Shown: positions 7,222-17,153, numbered from the stretch's first letter. The stretch is 32,000 nucleotides of DNA from Propionibacterium ruminifibrarum (GCF_900289195.1 NZ_OMOH01000014.1:1-32000); one strand, 5' to 3'. The notes: generated by a model not told the origin, from the sequence alone. Translations and numbers: made by a program.

Positions 7222-8280
7222 TCACTTCTCCTCGGGGTTGGGTTTCAGAACGACCTTGAGCGCCTCTCCGGTGCGGGTCAGGTCGATTGCCTCGTTGATG
7301 TGGTTCAGGGGCAGGACGTGGGTGATGATCGCCTCGGCCGGGAACGCCGGGTCGATGGCGAGTTCGAAGGCGCGCTGCACCTGCATGCTGTTCGCGCCGT
7401 AGTGGCCGTAGATCCACAGGCTGTTGTAGTGCACGGTGTTCGAGTCGATCTCGGTCAGCGCCCCCTTGGGGACGCCGCCGAAGAAGACGACGGTGCCGCA
7501 CGGCCGGGTCATCGCCAGCGCCTGCTGCTGGCCGGCCGTCGTCGGGTTGGCCGAGATCGCCTTGTCGACGCCCAGCCCGCCGGTGAGCCGCCTGACCTCC
7601 TCGACGGGCTCGACCGTGCTCGAGTTGATGCGGTGGTCGATGTCGAAGGCCCCGGACTTGTCCAGGCGGTCCTGGGTCACGTCGATGAGGATGACCTTCG
7701 AGGCCCCGCGCATCCTCGACAGCACCGCCAGGAAGACGCCGATCGGACCGGCGCCGAGGATCGCCACGGTGTCCCCGAGCCTCACGTCGATGTTCTCGAC
7801 GCACGCGTAGGTGCTCGACAGGGGCTCGGCCAGGCTCGCCCGCACGGGGTCGACGCCGGCGGGCAGGGTGAAGGTTGCGCCGCGCTCCACCCGTTTGGCC
7901 GTGTAGGCGATGTACTGGGCGAAACCGCCCGGGCGGCTGGTGTAGGACTCGACGTCGGTGCAGTGCTCGTGGTGGCCGGCCCGGCAGTAGTCGCACTTCA
8001 GGCAGTGGGCCTCGGGGTAGACGTAGAGCCGCTGGCCCGGCTCGTAGGCGGTGACCCCGGGCGACACCTCGGCCACCGTGCCCACCACCTCGTGCCCGTA
8101 GATGTGGGGGTAGGCGCCCCTGCGGGAATCGGTCGTCAGGTTCCTGATGTCTGACCCGCACAGGCCGACGGCGTCAACCCGGAGGACGAACCCGCCGTCG
8201 GGGCACTGCGGCCTCGGCACCTGCTCGAACCTGATGTCGCCGGGACCGTGCATGACGGCCGCGTCCATCACGTCTGTCAT
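7222..8280 (-). CDS. Zn-dependent medium-chain alcohol/polyol(-phosphate) dehydrogenase
   Basis: Start chosen at ATG 8280 (MTDVMDAAVMHGPGDIRFEQVP...) with a GAGGAG SD. The ORF-track start at 8427 adds an Arg-rich, non-coding-looking extension. GLCGSDI, the GHE motif (YGHEVVG) and a Cys cluster (CLKCDYC) are MDR-family hallmarks. Confidence 0.9.
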   Translation of the reverse strand: MTDVMDAAVMHGPGDIRFEQVPRPQCPDGGFVLRVDAVGLCGSDIRNLTTDSRRGAYPHIYGHEVVGTVAEVSPGVTAYEPGQRLYVYPEAHCLKCDYCRAGHHEHCTDVESYTSRPGGFAQYIAYTAKRVERGATFTLPAGVDPVRASLAEPLSSTYACVENIDVRLGDTVAILGAGPIGVFLAVLSRMRGASKVILIDVTQDRLDKSGAFDIDHRINSSTVEPVEEVRRLTGGLGVDKAISANPTTAGQQQALAMTRPCGTVVFFGGVPKGALTEIDSNTVHYNSLWIYGHYGANSMQVQRAFELAIDPAFPAEAIITHVLPLNHINEAIDLTRTGEALKVVLKPNPEEK

Positions 8281-8367
8281 CGATGAGCTCCTCGTCCGCC
8301 GTCGCCGTCGACGGCACGTCTTCTGGGTTTTCGTGTTCCGGCACCGATCCGTGCGGCCCGGGGCACG

Positions 8368-8482
8368 ACACAATCCTTGTGTTGCGGTGACCATGTCGCA
8401 TACTTGTTTCTGCCGCAGGGGCTGCAACGACTGATTGCCACGCCCGCGGCAGATGATTGTTCCTTGCGGGGCGGCAACAATC
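8368..8482. promoter_or_regulatory. Cluster of ACAAT/ATTGT palindromes in the divergent PTS-operon/regulator control region
   Basis: ACACAA-TCC-TTGTGT (8368-8382, perfect 6-bp arms). GATTGTT (8455-8461) / AACAATC (8476-8482) inverted repeat. An additional GATTGCC half-site at 8432-8438. Confidence 0.35.
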
Positions 8483-8535
8483 GTGTGCCGAGCAGACCGG
8501 GGGCGTTGCTACCGTGAGCCCGGGAGGTGTCACAG

Positions 8536-10455
8536 GTGATCCTTTTCTCCGAACGCCAGTCTCTTCTACTGGAATTGCTCAGCGAGCTCGATCACGTCAT
8601 CACCGGCCGTGAACTCGCCGATCTTCTCGGGGTGAGTGCACGGACATTGCGGTACGACATCTCCCGGACCAATGGAATGGCCAAGGCCGAGGTCATCGAG
8701 GCGACTCCCAAGGGATATCGCCTGAATCGTCCGGTTTATTACGACCTGGTCGCCAGGAACTCCGACCTGGGCACCGAGCTGGGGCACCAGGAACGGATTC
8801 TGCTGTACCTCTTCAACGCCCCGGTCACCGATGTCTACGACATCATGCGCGACTGCTATCTCAGCGAGTCCGTCACGCGGGCGGCACTGCAGCACCTCGT
8901 TCCGAAGGCGGCCGAGTACGGCCTGTCCCTCACGACCTCGGGGGCGCGTGTCGAGCTGTCCGGCGACGAACTCGATCTGCGGCGGCTGCTCGGCGAGCTC
9001 GTCCACAATGCGATGGACGTCGCCGTCGGGCGTACCGAGAAGATGAAGCGCTACCTGCCGGACGTCGAGTTGTCCGTGGTGGAGGCCGAGCTGCGCGCGG
9101 CCGTCGAGGAGACCCGCGCCGACATCAACGACATCCAGCTCTCCAACACCGTCGTCAGCCTCGCGATCTGCCTGCAACGCTTCGACCACCCACCGGCCGC
9201 GCCGCACGTGCCGCGCGCCAGCGGCACCGGGGCCGACGAACTGACCGGGCGGCTTCTCGCCAGGCTCGGGAGGGCCTACCCGGAAAGGACCTTCGCGCCA
9301 TCGGACCGCGAGTACGTGCGGGCCCTCCTCGGCCTCGCCCTCGACCATGGCGTGACATCTCCCGGCGGCCGGCCCGACGCCGAGGACAGCGGCGCGGCGG
9401 AAGCCATCCGGGCCTGCCTCGACGAGACCATCGGGCACTTCAACCTCGAGGTCGACTACGGGAAACTGTCCCGGAACATCTGCGACCACGTGCTGCGCCT
9501 GGTGGCCCGCCCCCGCAAGCTGCCCTACTTCCGCAACAACCTGCAGGAATCCCTGCGGGCCCGCTCGCCCTTCCTGTACGACGTGGCCGTCTACCTGGCC
9601 GACAGGCTGTCGAAGGCGCTGACCATCAACTTCTCCGACGACGAGATCGGCCTGCTCGTCATCTACCTGGGGCTGCACACCGAGCAGCCTCCAACCGACG
9701 AACGCGCCATTTCGGCGGTGGTGGTCTGCCCGCGCTACCACGCGCTCCAGGACTGGCTGCTGGCCGAGCTCGTCGAGAGATTCCCCGACCGGCTGCGGAT
9801 CGTCGACATCGTGGCGAGCAACCGGGAGGCCGACGCCATCGAGTGCGACCTGGTCATCACCACGACCGACGAGGCCCCCGGCGTGCACCCGAGCGTGCGG
9901 ATCAGTGCCGTGCTGTCGGAACTGGACTGCACAGCCGTCGACGCCGCGATCCTGCGCGAATTCTCCGCGAAGATGCGCACCCGCATGGCCGCCATCATGT
10001 CGAAATTCCTCGACCCCGGCCTGTTCTTCGTCGGCCCCTCCTTCCCGGACGCGACGAGCACGATCCATTTCCTGTCCGGCGCCCTGCGCGACAAGGGATA
10101 CGTCCCGGAGGAGTTCGAGGACAGCGTCCTGCTGCGCGAGACCTATTCCCCGACGGCCTTCGCGCGCAGATTCGCGCTGCCGCACTCCATGGATTTCATG
10201 GCGCACGAGACGAAGGTCGCCGTGCTCATCCCGTCCTCGCCCATACCGTGGGAGACGGCCGATGTCAGCCTTGTCTTCATGCTCGCCATCAACGGTGCCG
10301 ATTACGACGAATTCATCCAGTTCTATCAGCCACTCATCAGCCTCCTCTACGATCCGCGGCTCTTCTCGGAGCTGAAAAGGGTCACCGATTTCGAGGCCTT
10401 CGCGCAATTGCTGGGCAGCCAACTCGTTGCCCCCAACAGGGATCAGCTGGGCTGA
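8536..10455 (+). CDS. PRD-domain PTS regulator (MtlR/LicR/BglG-family activator with an N-terminal HTH and a C-terminal EIIA-like domain)
   Basis: HTH region ...ITGRELADLLGVSARTLRYDI..., central PRD-like repeats, and a C-terminal ...PHSMDFMAHETKVAVLIPSSPIPW... EIIA-2-like segment. GTG at 8536 lies 8 nt after the GGGAGG SD; GTG at 8527 (ORF track) is an alternative start. Confidence 0.85.
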   Translation: MILFSERQSLLLELLSELDHVITGRELADLLGVSARTLRYDISRTNGMAKAEVIEATPKGYRLNRPVYYDLVARNSDLGTELGHQERILLYLFNAPVTDVYDIMRDCYLSESVTRAALQHLVPKAAEYGLSLTTSGARVELSGDELDLRRLLGELVHNAMDVAVGRTEKMKRYLPDVELSVVEAELRAAVEETRADINDIQLSNTVVSLAICLQRFDHPPAAPHVPRASGTGADELTGRLLARLGRAYPERTFAPSDREYVRALLGLALDHGVTSPGGRPDAEDSGAAEAIRACLDETIGHFNLEVDYGKLSRNICDHVLRLVARPRKLPYFRNNLQESLRARSPFLYDVAVYLADRLSKALTINFSDDEIGLLVIYLGLHTEQPPTDERAISAVVVCPRYHALQDWLLAELVERFPDRLRIVDIVASNREADAIECDLVITTTDEAPGVHPSVRISAVLSELDCTAVDAAILREFSAKMRTRMAAIMSKFLDPGLFFVGPSFPDATSTIHFLSGALRDKGYVPEEFEDSVLLRETYSPTAFARRFALPHSMDFMAHETKVAVLIPSSPIPWETADVSLVFMLAINGADYDEFIQFYQPLISLLYDPRLFSELKRVTDFEAFAQLLGSQLVAPNRDQLG

Positions 10456-10471
10456 TCCGGAAGGGAGAATC

Positions 10472-11119
10472 ATGATTCTCGAGGAAGAACGCCGCGCGGT
10501 CGTGCGGGCCTGCCAGGACATGCAGCGGCTCGGTCTGGTCGTCGGGACCGCCGGCAACGTCTCGATGCGGGTGGGCGACCGGGTCGCCATCTCCCCGTCG
10601 GCGGTCGAATACCAGGACCTGACGCCCGAGATGGTCGGCGTGCACGACCTGGACGGCGCCGTGGTCGACGCCGCGCTCAAACCGTCGAGCGAGCTGCCCC
10701 TGCACCTCGCCGTCTACCGCGGGACCGGCGCCGGCGCCATCACCCACAACCACGCGCCGGCCTCCACCGCGCTCGGCCTGGTCGTCGACGAGGTGCCGTG
10801 CTCGCACTACTACTCGGGCATGTTCGGCGGCCCGATCCGCGTCGCACCGTACGCCCGCTTCGGCACCGATGAGCTCGCCGACAACGTCTGCGCCGCCCTG
10901 CAGGGTCGCCTTGGCGCGCTCATGGCGAACCACGGGGCCATCACGATCGGGCCGAGCCTGACGAAGGCCTTCTCGCTGCTGCCCTACCTGGAGTACGTCT
11001 GCGAGATCCAGCTGCGCGCCATGGCGACCGGGGCGGCCGTCAAGACGCTGGACGAGGCCCAGATGGCCCAGGTCCTCGACGGGCTGAAGACCTACGTGCC
11101 GACACGGATCGACCGCTGA
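10472..11119 (+). CDS. Class II aldolase/adducin-family protein (FucA/AraD-like aldolase or epimerase)
   Basis: ATG at 10472 after a GGAAGGGAG SD. GTAGNVSMR, PSSELPLH, HNH and ANHGAIT motifs are present. Confidence 0.85.
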   Translation: MILEEERRAVVRACQDMQRLGLVVGTAGNVSMRVGDRVAISPSAVEYQDLTPEMVGVHDLDGAVVDAALKPSSELPLHLAVYRGTGAGAITHNHAPASTALGLVVDEVPCSHYYSGMFGGPIRVAPYARFGTDELADNVCAALQGRLGALMANHGAITIGPSLTKAFSLLPYLEYVCEIQLRAMATGAAVKTLDEAQMAQVLDGLKTYVPTRIDR

Positions 11120-11139
11120 AGTCCGCCTCGGCCCGCCGG

Positions 11140-12132
11140 TCAGAGGGTCAGCTCCCCGGCAACGTTCGCGCCCATCCAGCGTGCGAGTTCGGCGCCGCGC
11201 ACCCCCTGCGAGAGCAGGAAGACGAGCTTGGCGTAGAGCGCCTCGAGGGTCATGTCGCGGGCGCTGATCGCCCCGCCCGAGGCCAGCGCGTGGCTGGCCT
11301 CGTAGTGGCCGAGCAGCACATCGGCCTGCACGCACTGGGAGGCGACGACCAGGGGAACACCGGCCGCCATCGTCTGGGTGAGCACGTCGGCCAGGCCCGG
11401 CTCCTCGTTCGGCATGTTCCCGGTGCCGAAGGCACGCAGGACGACCGCCTCCGGTGCCGGGTCGAGCACGGCCGCCAGGCGCTGGGCGCTGATGCCCGGC
11501 GCGAGGTCGAGCACGAGCACGTCGTGGCGCCCGTACGGCTCGGGGTCCGCCCATCCGCAGCCGGACTGCCCCGGCTCGTTCCACTGCCACGGCGCCCCGG
11601 CGAGCGCCAGCGCCGGCACGCCGGGGGAGTCGAAGCCCTCGAAGGCCCACGACGAGACCTTCGTCACCCGGTTCCCGCGCAGCAGCTTGTGGCCGAAGAA
11701 CACGGCCACCCCGTCGAGCCGGCCGCTCGCCGCGGCGCGCAGCGCCCCTGTCACGTTCGGCGCCGCGTCGCTGCCGACGACCCCCAGCGGGTACTGGGCC
11801 CCGGTGAGGACGACCGGCTTGCCGAAGCCGGTCAGCGCGTACGACAGGGCCGCCGAGGTGTAGGCCATCGTGTCGGTGCCGTGCAGGACGACGAAGGCGT
11901 CCGCCGCGTCGCGGTGGGCCCACAGGTCGTCGACGATCGCCCGCCAGTCGTCAGGGGTCGCGTTCGACGAGTCGATGAGGTGTTCGAACTGCGTCACCTC
12001 GACGGTGCCGGCCATGTCGGTGCCGTCCAGCAGATTGCCGAGCCAGCGGTCCAGGTCCGCTCCCGGGGCGAGGCCCTGCGGGGTCTCGACCATGCCCAGC
12101 GTGCCGCCGGTGTACAGGACGTGGGTGCGCAC
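11140..12132 (-). CDS. ansA: L-asparaginase, type I
   Basis: 330 aa. N-terminal LYTGGTLGM and HGTDTMAYTSAALS motifs. Confidence 0.9.
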   Translation of the reverse strand: MRTHVLYTGGTLGMVETPQGLAPGADLDRWLGNLLDGTDMAGTVEVTQFEHLIDSSNATPDDWRAIVDDLWAHRDAADAFVVLHGTDTMAYTSAALSYALTGFGKPVVLTGAQYPLGVVGSDAAPNVTGALRAAASGRLDGVAVFFGHKLLRGNRVTKVSSWAFEGFDSPGVPALALAGAPWQWNEPGQSGCGWADPEPYGRHDVLVLDLAPGISAQRLAAVLDPAPEAVVLRAFGTGNMPNEEPGLADVLTQTMAAGVPLVVASQCVQADVLLGHYEASHALASGGAISARDMTLEALYAKLVFLLSQGVRGAELARWMGANVAGELTL

Positions 12133-12135
12133 TTC

Positions 12136-13584
12136 TCAGCCCTCCTCGTCGGTGGCGATCATGGTGTCGAGCAGATCGGCCTTGATGTTGTTGCGCACCG
12201 CGAACCAGCCGATGACCATCGCCGCCACGACGATGACGAACAGCAGCAGGGTCCAGCGGCCGGAGGCCGAGGTGAGGTTCGAGGCGACGACGATGATGAA
12301 GAACGCCAGCGACAGGTAGTTCGTGAACGGCGCTCCGGGCAGGCGGTAGGCGGGCCGCTGGTCCTGCCCGGCCCTGACCTTCTTGAGGAAGCTCAGGTGG
12401 GTCACGAGGATCATCGCCCACGTGCCGGCGATGCCGATGCCGGCCAGGTTCATGACGATCTCGAAGGCGTCCTCGGCCAGGAAGGCGTTGAGGGCGACGC
12501 CGAACAGGCCCAGCGCCGAGGTGATGATGATGCCGCCGGAGGGCACCTGGTGCTTGTTGAGGCGGGCGGCGAAGCCCGGGGCCTCGCCGGCGACGGCCAT
12601 CGAACGCAGCGTCCGGCCCGTCGAGTACAGGCCGGCGTTGAGCGAGCTCAGCGCCGCGGTGAGCACGACGACCTGGATGATGTCGCCGGCGTGCGGGATG
12701 CCGATGCCGGTGAAGAAGGTGACGAACGGCGACTCGTTCGACGAGTAGGCGGTGTACGGCAGCACCAGGGCCATGAGGATGACCGAGCCGACGTAGAAGA
12801 TGAAGATGCGCAGGATCATCGAGTTGATGGCCTTGGGCAGGACCCGGCTGGCCTCGGCCGCCTCGCCCGCGGCGACGCCGACCATCTCGGTGCCGCCGAA
12901 GGCGAAGATGACGCCCAGGGTCAGCGCGAAGACCGGGGTGATGCCCATGGGGAAGAAGCCGCCGCTCTCGGTGACGTTGTGGAAGCCGGCGGTCGACTCG
13001 CCGACCGGGGCGCCGACGATGATCGCCCAGATGGCGATGAGCATGAACAGGACGATGGCCGCGACCTTGATGAGGGCGAACCAGAACTCCGCCTCGCCGA
13101 ACATCTTCACGCTGAGCATGTTGAGCACGAAGACGAGCGCCAGGGCGACGAGCGCCAGCACCCACTGCGGGATGGGCCGGAACAGCGTCCAGTAGTGCAG
13201 GTAGAGCGCGACGGCCGTGATGTCGGCCATGACGGTGACGGCCCAGTCCAGGAAGAAGAACCAGCCGGTGACGTAGGCGCCCTTCTCGCCGAGGAACTCG
13301 CGGGCGTACGAGACGAACGCGCCCGACGAGGGCCTGCGGATGGCCAGCTCGCCCAGGGCCCTGACCATGAGGAACGCGAAGATGCCGCAGATGGCGTAGG
13401 CCAGCGCCAGGCCCGGACCGCCCTGGGCCAGGCGTCCGCCGGCACCCAGGAACAGGCCGGTGCCGATGGAGCCGCCGATGGCGATCATCTGCAGGTGGCG
13501 GTTCTTCAAGGCCTTGTTGTAGCCGACGTCCCCCTTGTCCACGGTGTGGGTCTCCGGGGTGGGTGCCGGTGAGCTGTCAGCCAT
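12136..13584 (-). CDS. APC-family amino-acid permease (asparagine/AnsP-like by context)
   Basis: Start at ATG 13584 (MADSSPAP...) with a GGGAAGGA SD. LKNRHLQMIAIGGSIGTGLFLG is the amino-acid permease signature. Its stop is 3 nt upstream of the asparaginase start. Confidence 0.9.
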   Translation of the reverse strand: MADSSPAPTPETHTVDKGDVGYNKALKNRHLQMIAIGGSIGTGLFLGAGGRLAQGGPGLALAYAICGIFAFLMVRALGELAIRRPSSGAFVSYAREFLGEKGAYVTGWFFFLDWAVTVMADITAVALYLHYWTLFRPIPQWVLALVALALVFVLNMLSVKMFGEAEFWFALIKVAAIVLFMLIAIWAIIVGAPVGESTAGFHNVTESGGFFPMGITPVFALTLGVIFAFGGTEMVGVAAGEAAEASRVLPKAINSMILRIFIFYVGSVILMALVLPYTAYSSNESPFVTFFTGIGIPHAGDIIQVVVLTAALSSLNAGLYSTGRTLRSMAVAGEAPGFAARLNKHQVPSGGIIITSALGLFGVALNAFLAEDAFEIVMNLAGIGIAGTWAMILVTHLSFLKKVRAGQDQRPAYRLPGAPFTNYLSLAFFIIVVASNLTSASGRWTLLLFVIVVAAMVIGWFAVRNNIKADLLDTMIATDEEG

Positions 13585-13837
13585 GGTGGTCCTTCCCTGA
13601 CGAGCGGCTCTGCTCGTCCTTCTGTGACAGCAGGCTACTCTGCCGTCCCGGGCGGAGGCACCCCGCGTGGCCGGGCGGGAGCGGGCCACGATTCATGACG
13701 GCGGCTCGTTCAGCGGGCCGCCGCCACGAGGGCCCGGGAGCTGCCGGGTGACGAGGGTCGAGACCGCAGCGGCCCCGGGCGCCGGCCGCACCGGCCCGTG
13801 CCGCGGTTCACCCGGGGACCGAACGTCGCCGGGGCGG

Positions 13838-14764
13838 CTAGTCCGCGCGGCAGCGGCTCACCTCGTACAGCGCGATGGCGGTGGCGACCGAGGCGTTGAG
13901 GCTCTCGACGGCGCTGGTGATCGGTATCGCCACGAGCGCGTCGCAGTGCTCGCGCACGAGCCGCGACAGGCCCTGCCCCTCGGAGCCGACGACCAGGACC
14001 AGGGGCCCGTTCACGCCCGGGGTGCCCGCCACATCGGTGTCGCCCTCGCCGGCCAGCCCCGCGACGGTGAACCCGGCGCCGGACATCTGCTCGAGCGCCC
14101 GGTTGAGGTTCTTCACGCGGACGACCGGGAGGCGCGCCGCCGCGCCGGCGGAGGACTTCCAGCTGGCCGCGGTCATCGAGGCGCTGCGGCGCTCGGGGAT
14201 CACGACGGCGTCGGCGCCGAAGGCGGCGGCAGACCGGATGATCGCGCCGAGGTTGTGCGGGTCGGTGATGCCGTCGCAGGCCACGAGCAGGCCGTGGTCG
14301 TCGTCGCGGCCCAGCGCGGCGGCCATGGCGTCGGCGAGGTCGGCGTACTCGAACTCGGGCAGCTGGATGGCCACCCCCTGGTGAACGGCCCCGCCGGTGA
14401 GCCTGTCGAGCTCGGCGCGCGGCACGTGCAGCATCGTCAGCGAGTGCGCGGCGGCGTACTTGAAGATCTCGCGCAACCGGTCATCGCGCTCGGACCCCTC
14501 GGCGACGAAGGCGCGGTGCACCGGCAGGCCTGATTCCAGGGCCTCGAGCACGGGATTGCGTCCGACGACCCAGTCGGGGCCGGCGCCGCGGCCGGAGCCG
14601 CTCGGCCGGCTCGTCCTGGGACCGCGGCTCTCGGGGTGCGCCTGGCGTTCCTGCTTGGCCCGGTAGGCCTTGTGGTAGACGCGGTCCTCGGCCTTGGGGG
14701 TGGGGCCGCGGCCGGACAGCCTGCGGCGGCCCTTGCCCCCGGACCCCTTGCGCGCCGGGCTCAC
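13838..14764 (-). CDS. rlmB: 23S rRNA (guanosine-2'-O)-methyltransferase, RlmB/TrmH (SpoU) family
   Basis: 308 aa with a basic N-terminal tail then ...GRNPVLEALESG... and SpoU motifs (ITDPHNLGAIIRSA, LVVGSEGQGLS). The GTG start overlaps the cysS stop (GTGA). Confidence 0.9.
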   Translation of the reverse strand: MSPARKGSGGKGRRRLSGRGPTPKAEDRVYHKAYRAKQERQAHPESRGPRTSRPSGSGRGAGPDWVVGRNPVLEALESGLPVHRAFVAEGSERDDRLREIFKYAAAHSLTMLHVPRAELDRLTGGAVHQGVAIQLPEFEYADLADAMAAALGRDDDHGLLVACDGITDPHNLGAIIRSAAAFGADAVVIPERRSASMTAASWKSSAGAAARLPVVRVKNLNRALEQMSGAGFTVAGLAGEGDTDVAGTPGVNGPLVLVVGSEGQGLSRLVREHCDALVAIPITSAVESLNASVATAIALYEVSRCRAD

Positions 14765-16164
14765 CTGCTCACGCTCCAGCGTGTCCCGCCGGGCGTGTCC
14801 TCGACGCGCACCCCGAGCTCGGTGAGCGCGTCACGGATCCGGTCGGCCGCGGCGTAGTCCTTGCGCGACCGGGCCGCCTGGCGCTGCTCCAGCACGAGGC
14901 GGACGAGACCGTCCACGACGGACGAGTCGGCGCCGCCCTCACCGGCCCACTGCGGGTCGTGCGGGTCGAGGCCGAACACGTGGAGCATGGCGCGCACCTG
15001 CCGAAGGGCGTCTGCGGCGCCGCCCTCGTCGCCGGCGTCCAGGGCCTTGTTGCCCGCCCTGACCGACTCGTGCAGGACGGCGAAGGCGCCGGGGGTGCCG
15101 AGGTCGTCGTCCATGGCCTCGACGAAGGCCCCGGGAAGGTCCCCGGCGGCGAAGTCGACCGGGCCGGCGGCGCCGGCCCGCTTCAGGAAGGTGTCGATCC
15201 GCTCGAGCTGGGCGGTGGCCTCGGCCAGTGAGTTCTCGGAGTACTCGATGGTGGAGCGGTAGTGCGGCTGGGCCAGGTAGAGCCGCACGGCACGCGGCGG
15301 GAACTTCTTCGTGACCTCGCTGACGAGCGCGCCGTTGCCCAGCGACTTGCTCATCTTCTCGCCCGCCATCGTGACGAAGGCGTTGTGCATCCAGTAGCGG
15401 GCGAAGCCGTAGCCGGCCGCCCGGGACTGGGCCTGCTCGTTCTCGTGGTGGGGGAAGCGCAGGTCGAGGCCCCCGCCGTGGATGTCGAAGGTCTCGCCGA
15501 GGTACTTCAGGCTCATCGCCGAGCACTCCAGGTGCCAGCCCGGGCGGCCTGGCCCCCACGGGCTGGGCCAGCTCGCCGTGGCGGGCTCTTCGGGTTTGCT
15601 GCCCTTCCACAGCGCGAAGTCGCGGCGGTCGCGCTTGCCGCGCTCGTCGGCGGACTCGTCGGGGGCCATGTCCTCGATGCGCTGGTTGGACAAGGACCCG
15701 TACTCCGGCCAGCTGCGCACGTCGAAGTAGACGTCGCCGGAGCCGTCCTCGGCGACGTAGGCGTGCCCGCGCTCGATGAGCCGCCGGGTGAGTTCGATCA
15801 TCTCGCTGATGTGGCCGGTGGCACGAGGCTCGTAGTCGGGCGGGATGCAGCCGAGCGCGGTGTAGGCGCGGTGCAGTTCGAGTTCCATGGCGTAGGCCAG
15901 CTCGTACCACTCCAGGCCGGCCGCCTCGGCATTGGCCCAGATCTTCTCGTTGATGTCCGTGATGTTGGCGACGACCTTCACCTGGTAGCCGTTCGCCGTG
16001 AACCAGCGGCGCAGGACGTCGAAGACGACCTCCTTGCGGATGTGCCCCAGATGCGGCGGGCTCTGCACGGTGAGGCCGCAGTGATAGATCGACACCGTCC
16101 CCTCGACCAGCGGGGTGAACGGCACGACGGTGCCGGTGGACTCGTCATAGACCTGGAACGTCAC
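14761..16164 (-). CDS. cysS: Cysteine--tRNA ligase
   Basis: 467 aa. HLGH (HIGH-type) and KMSKSLGN class I synthetase motifs. Confidence 0.95.
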   Translation of the reverse strand: MTFQVYDESTGTVVPFTPLVEGTVSIYHCGLTVQSPPHLGHIRKEVVFDVLRRWFTANGYQVKVVANITDINEKIWANAEAAGLEWYELAYAMELELHRAYTALGCIPPDYEPRATGHISEMIELTRRLIERGHAYVAEDGSGDVYFDVRSWPEYGSLSNQRIEDMAPDESADERGKRDRRDFALWKGSKPEEPATASWPSPWGPGRPGWHLECSAMSLKYLGETFDIHGGGLDLRFPHHENEQAQSRAAGYGFARYWMHNAFVTMAGEKMSKSLGNGALVSEVTKKFPPRAVRLYLAQPHYRSTIEYSENSLAEATAQLERIDTFLKRAGAAGPVDFAAGDLPGAFVEAMDDDLGTPGAFAVLHESVRAGNKALDAGDEGGAADALRQVRAMLHVFGLDPHDPQWAGEGGADSSVVDGLVRLVLEQRQAARSRKDYAAADRIRDALTELGVRVEDTPGGTRWSVSR

Positions 16165-16249
16165 GTCGGCAGTCTACCGAGCACCGGCTCGCGGGCGCGG
16201 GGCTCCACTGCGAGGACTGCGTCGGGTTCGCGTGCGGTGACGGATGGGC

Positions 16250-17044
16250 TCACCCGTGGGTGTGGTCGGCATTGATGGTGGAGCCACTGGGCAGCAGCAC
16301 CTCGTAGGAGTGCCGGATGTGCCTCTCGACGAGCTCGGACGCCAGGGCCGGGTCGCGGACCCTGACGGCCGCGAGGATGCCCCGGTGCTCGGCGACGAGC
16401 TGGGCGCGCACCTCGTCCCAGTTGTCCAGGTGCTCCTCGGCCTGACGGATCGGGCCGGACAGCGTGTGGCGGATGGCCGATGACAGCATCGACAGCATGT
16501 GATTGCCGCTCGCCTCGATGATGGCGATGTGGAAGGACGTGTCGAGCTCGTTGAACGAATCGGGGTCCTTCTGGTGATCCATCTGCCCCACGAGCATCTC
16601 GGCCCGGCGCACCGCCGCGCCGGGCCCCTGACGGGCCGCGGCGACGGTGGCGGCCTTCTCCACGACGACGCGCGTCTCGGTCAGGTCCTCGACCGAGGTG
16701 ACGTCGAGAGCCAGCTGGAGCCGGAGCATGCGACCCAGCGCGTCCCCCGGGGTGGTGCGGATGCGGGTGCCGTTGCCCGGCCCCGTGCCGGAGACGACGA
16801 TGCCCTGGGCCTGCAGCACGCGGATGGCCTCGCGGACGGCTCCGCGGCCGACCGACAGGCGGGCGGCGAGTTCCCGCTCGGGGGGCAGTTGCATCCCGGC
16901 CACGTAGTTGCCGGCCAGGATCTCGGACTCGATGTGGTGCAACGCCACGTCGAAGCCCGACATGCCCTTGGCCTGCAGGATGGCGCAGTCGTGGCAGCGC
17001 TCGGACCGGTTCAGGTCGGCCCTCGCCTCACGCGTCCTGGCCAT
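16250..17044 (-). CDS. GntR/FadR-family regulator (LldR/LutR-like) with an FCD domain
   Basis: ...LPPERELAARLSVGRGAVREAIRVLQAQGIV... is a GntR HTH, followed by a helical FCD-like C-terminus. It is divergent from lldP-lutABC. The start is uncertain: ATG 17044, possibly leaderless, or ATG 16963. Confidence 0.85.
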   Translation of the reverse strand: MARTREARADLNRSERCHDCAILQAKGMSGFDVALHHIESEILAGNYVAGMQLPPERELAARLSVGRGAVREAIRVLQAQGIVVSGTGPGNGTRIRTTPGDALGRMLRLQLALDVTSVEDLTETRVVVEKAATVAAARQGPGAAVRRAEMLVGQMDHQKDPDSFNELDTSFHIAIIEASGNHMLSMLSSAIRHTLSGPIRQAEEHLDNWDEVRAQLVAEHRGILAAVRVRDPALASELVERHIRHSYEVLLPSGSTINADHTHG

Positions 17045-17153
17045 GAGGCCATTGTGGTCGATGAGTCAAGCTTGCGAAAGAGGATCGAGACACCCCGTCC
17101 GGTAGTTTCGGTCGGCAGCAGTCCCAAAATATGCCCTAGGCAGAGCGTGTTTC

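Noticed and set aside
7222-8427. Long (401-aa) form of the Zn-dehydrogenase
   Set aside because: The extra 49 codons encode an Arg/Thr/Cys-rich sequence (…CRRRRRRTRSSS) that overlaps the divergent control region. ATG 8280 has a GAGGAG SD and gives the normal MDR N-terminus.
13585-13837. Regulatory RNA or terminator in the 250-bp gap between rlmB and the permease gene
   Set aside because: There are only short GC hairpins (for example GACGAGC-N6-GCTCGTC at 13605-13624 and GCGGCC-N9-GGCCGC at 13768-13788). Such hairpins are expected by chance in DNA this GC-rich, and I could not link them to any known motif.
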